Origin: Chrysomallon squamiferum
Lineage: Eukaryota > Animalia > Mollusca
Direction: 5' to 3'
Length of the DNA stretch: 64,000 nt
NCBI GenBank assembly: GCA_012295275.1
Contig: CM022672.1
Span: forward strand, 14,942,001 to 15,006,000
The notes under the pieces were generated by a model that was given only the letters and a program-made list of their open reading frames with translations, was not told the origin of the DNA and searched no databases. This document shows positions 54,501 through 64,000 of the stretch, piece after piece; position 1 is the stretch's first letter; every line of letters starts with the position of its first letter. A program made the position numbers and the translations under genes.

Positions 54501-54572
54501 TATTACGTAGTATTTGTTGATATTTGGCCATTGCCGAACTTTTCAGTTATATAGATGTTATATGTGTGTTAT

Positions 54573-54604
<32 letters not shown>

Positions 54605-54651
54605 ACTGAAATGTTTGGCAACGGCCAAATATCAACAAATACTACATAATA
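54501..54651. repeat. 53-bp inverted repeat around a (TA)n-rich loop
   Basis: TATTACGTAG...CAGTTATATA versus TATATAACTG...CTACATAATA, 4 mismatches. Confidence 0.9.
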
Positions 54652-56118
54652 TAACATATATATTGGATACTGAAACATCCCAACATTTCTATAAATCTAG
54701 GGTCCCTCTGATGTGTTTTGCCAAGGACTCACAAGTAGGTAAATCCCGCACTGAAATATAATAATAATAATAATAATAAAAATAATAACGATCATGGGGT
54801 TGAGATAATAATGATGATGACTAAACTGCAGTGAAGGCGAAGTGAATGTAATGAAATAAACATGATATGATAATGATTATGAAATTATATATTAACATCA
54901 AAAGTATATTATCGTTCGTTTATATATTTGTATAATGTATATTTGTAATAGTTCGCAAATACTTTTGTATACATATTTCACGTAATGTCTGTATATTGGT
55001 AACACAACACATGCACATCTGTGCGGTTAGACGGATATGTATATAAATATACTTGTGTGTGAGTGTGTGTATATATATATATATATATACACACACGTAA
55101 TGTCTGTGTATATATATATACACACACACATAGACAGAGATAGAGTTTAACTGAGAGAAATAAAGATAATTAGACAATCAGATATAAAAGAAGACCTGAG
55201 AGACAGATATACAGATAAAAGATGGACAAGTGTTTAAACCGAAAATGTGGCTCTGATATCGAACAAAGGTTCCCATCCCAGAAACACATCATACGTACAC
55301 ACATATAAAACCACACCACATGCAAACACAGGCATAAACACATAACAATAGCATACAGCATAGAGAAAGACAGACACCGAAATTATGAACAATAAAATTT
55401 ACTCTTCTTTTTTATGAAACACATTTTGAATTTTGAGATATTTCTTGATCATTTTTATGTTTGTTAAAAAAAAAAATAATAATAATAATAAAGAATAAAA
55501 GAAAGAAAAAAGTAATAAAATAAAAATGTAGATAGAAAAAGGTTATGAAAAACGAAATAATTGTGCTCGCAGCTGTCGCTGAATTAATGCTTTAATGGTA
55601 AGGACGCATTTTTGTTATCGTTAAACATTTGACAACTTAATATAAAAAACAACCCGAAAATCATATAATTTTTTTCATTTATTTGCTTGTTTTCTTTTAT
55701 TTATTTAATTCATTATTTATTTCAAATAAAAAAAAATGTCTTTACTCACATAAGATATACTGTCATTTGGCCCATAAAGGCTCTTTAGAAACTAAAATAC
55801 CTGAAAACAAACACTGGATTATTAAAAGTATGATAAGATTCATAATAATTATTTATTAATACAGCTGTATTAATTAAAGTAAGAATAGTATTACGCAGCA
55901 TAATCATATAATATATCATATATACTGTAATAATATTATAAACTCTAATGAATTTGAGTACATGCAGTACTGTGACTTTCATTATTATTATTTCATTTCG
56001 TTCTCATTTGTGTGTATGTAAATTCTGTTTTATTTTCACATTTTATTTGTATATTTTTAATTTAACTTTAATTTCATATTTTGTTTCATTTTATCTTATT
56101 AATGTAATTATCCGTATG

Positions 56119-56773
56119 AAGATACTCCTCACTTAACGATCTACTCGTTTAACGACCGCGGACTTACGACCTGCTTTCCGACCAGTCGTTATTGTACGCC
56201 GTCTGAAATCTTTGGTCGTAAAAAACGGCAGCCAGGCGTTTCGGCGTAATCAGACGTATTATCCATCTCAGTCACGTTCCGACGTCGGTAAGTACTCACT
56301 ACACTGGCGTTCGTAATCTCCATGACTACATATTTCGTCTATAAATTAATATTTTATTTTGCTGACTGCATTTTTGATGTTCTGTAAAAATATGTAAGAG
56401 TTATGCAAATTAAAATAAAGTTATCAAGATGACGTTTCCTTTAGACCTTTTCTTTATTCATAATAAATGAAACGGATTACATCAGTTCTACGGTATCTAA
56501 ATATAAGTGATGTGTATTAGAGCATAGATTCCCTCAGTTCTGTTAATTGCAGCAGTGCACCATTGTATAAACATTTAAAATCATACTAAACATGTTATAC
56601 ATGGAACAAAGGTGACATTGAAATGGTATCTAAAGATGGATGACATAAACTCAGGATCAGAACTAAATACTTGAGATATCAGTTAGTGGTGGGTTCTAGC
56701 TTACCGACGGGTTCTTGTTTACAACGACCTAGTCCTGGGAAATGGAATTTGATCGTTAAGCGAGGAGTGTCTT
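56119..56773. mobile_element. Non-autonomous DNA transposon (MITE), pogo/Tigger-like TIRs, about 655 bp
   Basis: 23-bp TIRs AAGATACTCCTCACTTAACGATC (56119-56141) and GATCGTTAAGCGAGGAGTGTCTT (56751-56773), 2 mismatches. Subterminal TTA(A)CGA repeats, CpG-rich left end, no transposase ORF. A TA target-site duplication is not cleanly visible. Confidence 0.75.
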
Positions 56774-56794
56774 TGTGTGTATGTACATGCATAT

Positions 56795-56833
<39 letters not shown>

Positions 56834-57246
56834 TGAGTTATTATTATTATTATTTCAATTAAAATTTCTTTCTTTATTTCTTTATTTTAATTTAAATATC
56901 CTTTTCAGAGTTATTTAATAACATAATAATAATAATAACGGCACAACATAACATTCAGTTTAGAGTGAAATTTCGTATAATCTGACATGATATTTCGTAC
57001 AGTTTGGTGTTACCTGACATTTTACTATAATTTAAAGTCACCTGACATTTAACGTCACGTGATATATATCATCATGTTATTTGATATGCTGTATGTAGTC
57101 TGACGTTACATGATATTTCCTATGATTTGATCTTATATTTAGTATTTGACATTTTAGGAAAAAATCATTCAGTCAGTCTGTCAGTAAAAATAATAATGAT
57201 GATGATGGTGATGATGATGATAATAATAATAATAATAATAATAATA

Positions 57247-57285
<39 letters not shown>

Positions 57286-57613
57286 AACAAATGAAGACAT
57301 GGATGAATGAATAAATAATAATAATAATAATGTTACATATGACAAAAAATAAAAACATAAATGAATTAGTAAATATTTTAGTAGTTGAAAAACTTTAATT
57401 TTTCTTTTAACTGCATGGAGTGAAGATAAAAACTACACAAAGCTAAAAATAAATAAATTATAACAAAGTAAAATAATGTAAAATAATATAAAATAAAATA
57501 AAATAATATGAATGAATGAATGAATATATAAATAAATAAATAGTAATAGTAATAAGAGTAATATAAGTAGTAGTGATAGTAATAATAATACTAATAATAA
57601 TAATAAAAATAAA

Positions 57614-57650
<37 letters not shown>

Positions 57651-59154
57651 GTTTTAAAATTTTAAATCGAAAGAAAAGAAAACAGTAAAACAACACAGTC
57701 GAATGATGTTGAAAAATATTAAATTAATTATAACGTGCTAAATAGGGACCAGCTATTCGTGACGAGAGTGACGTTGACGTTACTGTGACGAGAGTGACAT
57801 TGACGTTACTGTTTCATTAATGTTTTACTGATTAACTTGTGAAACTGGTCAGTTTACTACTCAACATGTTGACCAGTCACTGCATGTTATAGATTATCTC
57901 AAAATGGTTTAGTTATGCTGAAAGATTTGCCCAAGACAAGAAAAGTACAGAACGTTTTATGTTTTACACGTGAGATGTAATGTATAGATTAATTTTAAAA
58001 TTAATCATTATGAGAAGGAGTAAACGTTGAGCTTTGGATTATAGTTTTATTATGCTTTTATTATACTTATTTATCTAGTGAATATATAGAAAGATTAAAA
58101 TTATAATTAAATGTATTGAAGATATTTTATTATGAAGATAATAATAATAATAATAATAATATACTAAGTTAAATAAATAAATAAATAACACAGAGAGACA
58201 CACACACAGAACAAACAAACAAATTAAATAAATGAATAAATAAATAAATAAATAATGATATAAATAACAGTAACAACAACAACAATAATAGTAATAATAA
58301 TAATATAATAAATTTTAAAAATAATAATAATATAAAATATTTATTTATTTTTTTATTATTTTATTTTAAAATAATCTACATCAGATTTATGATATCAGTT
58401 CAGGTTCACTGCATAATTAGAGTTTTTGCCTATTTTCATTTTTTATTTTATTTTTATTTTTAATGTCCTCTTAAATTATTTCTTTGTTGTATATTAATAC
58501 CCTTATCAAATATATCTTATTTCACAGGATAGGGCTTGTTACATAATTTTTCTTGTGCTGAATACCGTATATATTAATATCTTTTTAGTATTCTTAACCA
58601 AAATAGTTTAATCATAAAATTATTTTCAGTGACTAGTATCATTTTAAAAATGTTCTAAATGAAAACTGTACATATAATTGTATTTATTTTTGCCTTCATT
58701 GTTGTAGTTTATGTTGTTTTCTATTCTTTTTGTGTGTTTGTTTTTTTAAGGATTTTATTGAGAGAATTTATGAGGTTATAAGAGAGGGTGAAATGAAGGA
58801 TCAATAATAACGAAATTAACGCTATGTGGCAAGGGAGGTTATTACGGTATAGATGGCGCCAGCTGCAAACGCATGCCCTAAAAACGTGCTTCACCTTGTA
58901 CAAGGACAAAGGTAACTCAAAACGTTGTCAATATTTTATATTAAAATTATTTAATACTTACGAAACTAAAACGAATTTGAAACTGTGTTATATTACCTAA
59001 AAAAAAAAAAAAAAAAAACAACTTCTTAACATTAGCCTGAGTTTCCACAGGCTAAATTAAGCTAAGTGGAATACAAGTTTCTTTGTTTTATCTTCTATTT
59101 TTAATATTATTAATGAACTGATAAAAACTGAGGTTGTGGAATTATTAATACTAA

Positions 59155-59259
59155 GAGAAGTAGTTGCTATAGCAATAGTTGAATTAGTAGTAATTCTAGA
59201 TTAACATAATTAGTCATCGTAATAGTAGTAGCTCTTGGGACAATAGCAACAGGAGTATC

Positions 59260-59306
<47 letters not shown>

Positions 59307-59840
59307 CATTAGCAGTAGGAGTATAGGCATTGTATTAGTAATTGTAGCAATATAAGTAGCAGTGTCTGTAGTAGTGATATCAGTATTAACAGCTGAATAG
59401 AGATAACAGTAGCTGTAGTTGCAGTATCTATCGCAGGTGTTGTAGTAGTCTCGACAACAGTATTAACAGTAATTCTTTACTAGTTTTAGTAATAATAACA
59501 ATGCTAACAGCAATAGTAATCTAATAAATAGCAGAATTATAGTACAACAGTTATTTAGTACAAACAGTAGTAACAGCATTAATAATTGTAACAACTTTAA
59601 TTTAAGTGACGGTGGTAGTATTAGTAGAAAGTATAAGTAGTAATAGTGACAACGATAGTATTACTAAAAGTAGCAGTTAAAGTATATTGTGATTATAGTA
59701 GTAGTATAGATAGTAGTGGTAGTAGTAGTAATAGTAGCAGTAGTGACAGTAGAAGATGTAGTAGTAGTAGTAGAAGAAGAAGCAGTGAGAGTAATAATGG
59801 CGGTAGTATTAGTAGTAGTGTAAGTAGTAGCACTAATAAT
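59155..59840. repeat. Degenerate (AGT)n low-complexity tract
   Basis: Direct inspection; explains the Ser/Thr/Leu-rich pseudo-ORFs. Confidence 0.85.
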
Positions 59841-60052
59841 AATAAAATACAGGTATTGACTATGAAAATAAAATGAGAAAATGAGGAACTTGAACGGAAA
59901 TGAAATAATAACAAAAATCCAATTAGCATGAACAATTATAAGAAAGAAAACATCGATGAATATAAATGAATATAAATGAATATCGATGAATGTAATGAAA
60001 AAAAGAAACAACCATTCATACGTCTGTATATGTGTGTCTGTGGAACGTAAAT

Positions 60053-60083
<31 letters not shown>

Positions 60084-60221
60084 CCTTTATTGAACATTAT
60101 TACACATTCAACAAGCTTTTTTCATTGTTGTACATTGTCTTTGATTTTATTTATTGATTTTTTTTTTTAATTATTAAATGTTGTGTTGACAGTTCAGGTA
60201 TCTTCAAGGTGTGTTCAAGAT

Positions 60222-60293
60222 GTCACACCAGTAAGCAATGGAGTGCAGGTAAATACGTACCTTACCTGCGGCACCACTACTTATAGGTGAGAC
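60222..60293 (-). ncRNA. mir-252b: microRNA precursor mir-252b
   Basis: 5p arm AUAAGUAGUGGUGCCGCAGGUA (60284-60263) matches recalled miR-252b; 3p arm UACCUGCACUCCAUUGCUUAC; basal stem GUCUCACC/GGUGUGAC. Confidence 0.93.
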
Positions 60294-61544
60294 CCTTACA
60301 GCGTCGGCTTCCTGGTTACCTGCACATGTCGACAGCATTGTGATAGCACCGTTAATATCATCGTTTCTAATAATACGTGCAGTAACAACAACAGCAACAA
60401 AAATTATAATCATATTAATGATGATGATAATTACGACGAACACGATGATCAAGAAGAAGAAGAAGAAGAAGAAGAAGCATGCCAGTAAGTAATGAAAAAT
60501 TAAAATGTGTTTAGCGATATTCCTAAAGTGTTCTAAAAACTGCTGTGATAGTCCGCTTCTCAAGAAAACAGTCGTTATATTTTGTCCATTTAAGATATAA
60601 AAAAGATAAATATCTGCCAAAATGCAATACTAAATTATTATTATCTGTTACGTTTACGATCAAATAAAAAGTGTCAACCAGACGTAGAAATGTACACACA
60701 GTCCGAATCACAAAAGAACGAATTAGTTGTAAAGGACTTGGATATCACAATTCTGCTTAGAATTATCATAAACAAACAGTGAAGTTAAAGGATGTAGTTG
60801 TACTATTGTTCTCACTGATAGAAAAAAAAAAGAAAAAAAAAGAGAGAGAGATAACTCAAAAGAAAACATTATTTTTTTTTTATCTGTGGATGTGTAATCG
60901 CTATAAAATTGCATAAACATATGATCGAAATAGTCATACAACGAATCATCTTTAACGCAGAAGATAATAGTTTAACATATTTTAAAGATGATACAGAAAT
61001 GGACAAAAATAACGCTGAAAAATTACAGATCAGAGAGAGAGAGAGAGAAACAAGGCTCCCCCCCCAAAAAAAAAATCCCACAACAAAAAACAAAAGAATG
61101 AATAAATAATCAATTTTTATACTGAGTATATACGTTACTGAAGGAAAAATCAACATCGTGTACCTGCACATAACAAATAAATAACAACAGCAAGCAGAAT
61201 CTACAAACGAAGGCAACGCAACATTTTTAACTGATCAATGTATCCAGTAATTGTGAATAAAGTGAAACCTTGTACCTAGAAAGCCAGATGGTATGAGATC
61301 ACTCTAATCTACCATTACAAGCTGCGTCGCATTCAACAGAGTTGTAATACTTGTAACGGAATATCCAGTGCACAGTCCACAGTATTATAGTCAAGACGTC
61401 AAAAATTTACAGAAAATGGCCCTTCTAGAAAGAATAAAATAAATTAAAAAGAACGATTATTTTACCAAAAATCACCATACAACCGACTAAATTACCTGAA
61501 TTGCAGAATCAAATTACTGGAATTCCTAATGATTGAAAACTGAG

Positions 61545-61604
<60 letters not shown>

Positions 61605-62710
61605 CAAAAACGTTTGCACCAAGATCTTCCTAAATTACAAAACCATGAACTTCATCAGTATCAAAAACAAAATAAAACGATCCTGACAGGCAAACAGACA
61701 AAACAAACTGCGAGACAAACAGCAACTGAAACAAAAGCAATAAAGGTTAACAGTGTGTATAAACCAAATCCTGGTAGTAGATGGCAACATCTGCCTACAA
61801 CTGTTACTAGAAATGTGCTTTCCAATCAGATTTTGGTGAACACGTGGTGCTCGCCGTCATTAGCATGTTTAATAAACGCTCGTTTGATCCTTTTATCACC
61901 AGCAGGGTCTTGTAGCATCACCGTATATATCACGGAGAGGAAAATCTCTTTGTCGTAAACTAATATTAGAATCAGAAATGACAGAAAACAAAATAAAACA
62001 ATAAAATACAATATAATAAATAAATAAAAAATAAAAAAAAAAAAAAAAGAAAAGGATTGAAGCAGATATGAATCAAAAACATAAAACAAATTTGTTTTCT
62101 TCTCTTTATCAAAATCAGAAGGTATTGCAAATTGGAAGACCATCGGAGAAGATAATATTTAAGCTTGCTCGAGACCTGATTAAATTATTATTATTATTAT
62201 TATTCCTTGTTTCAATTAATTTTTTTTTTTTTTTTTTCAAACTAAAGTTGGTTTAATCAACTGGTTTTTAAATGTATCTGTAAAAATGTATATTTAATAT
62301 AACCATGCAGATATATCAATCAGGTAAAAAAGGAGCTCTGTTGTGAAATACCCCATGTGTTTTTGTAAAAACTTGTTATTCGTGCTGTGAGCATTTTTTT
62401 TTTTTTTTTTTGTATTTATATTTTATACATTTTATACCATTGCCAATAAAAATTCAGCGTCAACACATATTCGCTAATCAATCAACAGATGACTGTTGAT
62501 TTTTGAAACTTTAACGAAAGCGAATATGTTCTTTGTAGTGGACACAAACACCAAGCATAAGGGTTTACAAGTTACATCTGTTGTCCATGATAAAGTCTGC
62601 TTTTGACTGAAGAAACTATTATTTTCGCATCTTCGTTATTCTTGTCTTTACCATCATCCATCTGGCTTTTTTTTAATTATTACACGTGACACTGACGATT
62701 GGCCTAGCCG

Positions 62711-62782
62711 CGATTTTGTGGACGTAACAACGAGCATTGTTTCTTTTGAACTAAAATGCCCATTATAACGGTCACAAGATCG
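62711..62782 (-). ncRNA. mir-2001: microRNA precursor mir-2001
   Basis: 5p arm UUGUGACCGUUAUAAUGGGCA (62777-62757) matches recalled miR-2001; 3p arm AAUGCUCGUUGUUACGUCCACAA; closing CGAU/AUCG. Linkage with mir-252 fits the known cluster. Confidence 0.92.
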
Positions 62783-63750
62783 AGACGACGCCTCAGCTGT
62801 TTGGTCCTTCGTGACTCTTTAAAACAACGTACTGAAGTCTTCCATTACAACTTTGTCAGCCTCTTGCAAATTCCGCCATCAAAGAATGATCTATCTACCG
62901 GCTTTACCTGCCTGCGCTATGCTGTAAATGTTTAATATCTCCTGCACAAAAATTATACATTCTTTTCTTCTTTTTTTTTTTTTTTTTTTTTTGTTGTTGT
63001 TGTTGAACATCATTCTAGTACATAAATAAATAATTAAAAATTTCTAAAAAAAATGATCATAAATCAAACTTGGACATGTATTTTATATGCACAGTTCATG
63101 AAGTATTATTTAAAGTATCGATCGTATCATTATAGTAACCGCATCAGTAAAATAAAATAAATTATAACAAAGTTCATCTTTTTGTAAGTATTCAAGATCT
63201 CATTTTCAATGTTTCCCTTCGTATTTATTTAAGATTTTTTAAATTTTATTTTTACTTATTTATTTTTTTATTTTTTTAAACAATAAAGAAAGAGTAAATG
63301 AAAGATATTTAAAAAAAAAAAAAAAAAAAAATAAAGAAGAAATTAAACAAACGTTTTCATTTGTTCTAATAACAAAGTTTTGTTTTAAAGTAGATTGTTT
63401 TATCACTTCAGATGAATGCGACAGTGATAATGTCTCATTTTCACAAAAGAACAACTCAGTTTGAATGTTTTAATTTCCAAACGACGGATCAATGATACCA
63501 TCTGTTTCAGTCACCATGGCAACCTGCAAAAACATGATTCATGCATATTCGCTCGAACAAATAATACTGGATTCATGCATTTATATATTAGATCTGTCAA
63601 TAAAAGTACTGTTAGCAGTTACGCATAGGATATACGTCTGTAGGACACATAAACTGTATCAAATTCTGTGCTGCACTGTCGCAACATATTTCACAGTATA
63701 TGCTACGGAATGACAGTAAATATATAAAATAAACGAAATGTTAATATAAA

Positions 63751-63794
<44 letters not shown>

Positions 63795-64000
63795 TTGACT
63801 TTTATAAACAGCGTGCAAATGCGCCAAATGTAAGGGAGGAAATTACGAAATCCCTCAAATTAACATGAATTTTATTATATTATTTAATATAATATTCTTA
63901 AAACATTTTTAAAACCAAGCTCACGAAGCTAGGTTTTATGCTCAAAATTGATTATATTATAATATTAAAATTTACGTTTATTTTACATATATTTACATAT

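Noticed and set aside
57759-57812. 26-bp tandem duplication GTGACGAGAGTGAC(G/A)TTGACGTTACT
   Set aside because: Simple two-copy slippage duplication with no further evidence of function.
59646-60011. Ser/Thr/Leu-rich ORFs
   Set aside because: Degenerate (AGT)n tract.
54228-60620. Apparent paralogous peptides (SLISTGAAG / SPISSGAAG) in two minus-strand reading frames
   Set aside because: The shared sequence is the mature miR-252 arm, not protein homology.
61312-61350. Small minus-strand hairpin between mir-2001 and mir-252b
   Set aside because: About 40 nt, too short for a canonical pre-miRNA, and no recognisable mature sequence.
61533-61958. 141-aa plus-strand ORF
   Set aside because: Starts at a TTG in a poly-Asn microsatellite context, lies antisense to the miRNA cluster and has no recognisable domain.

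Overview
AT-rich, intron-rich animal genomic DNA, most likely lophotrochozoan (probably molluscan), judged from the miRNA sequences. Read by hand, the window holds three loci. (1) DCTN1 (dynactin p150Glued) on the minus strand: 30 GT-AG coding exons from 26534 down to 70 (1136 codons), with the 3' end beyond the window. (2) A complete VPS51 (GARP/EARP subunit) on the plus strand: 20 exons, 27521-44837, 787 aa, head-to-head with DCTN1 across a promoter of under 300 bp. (3) A minus-strand microRNA cluster, mir-2001 / mir-252b / mir-252a (54.3-62.8 kb), with candidate host-transcript exons. The window also has a 655-bp TIR-bounded MITE, many micro- and minisatellites and several foldbacks centred on (TA)n. 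The best leads are clusters of frame-preserving candidate microexons in the three longest DCTN1 introns and in the longest VPS51 intron, tandem arrays of duplicated decoy splice acceptors before three exons, and a structured intergenic island carrying a telomere-template-like CCCTAACCCTA. Most listed ORFs are microsatellite artefacts. Family assignments rest on recalled sequences; no database search was run.
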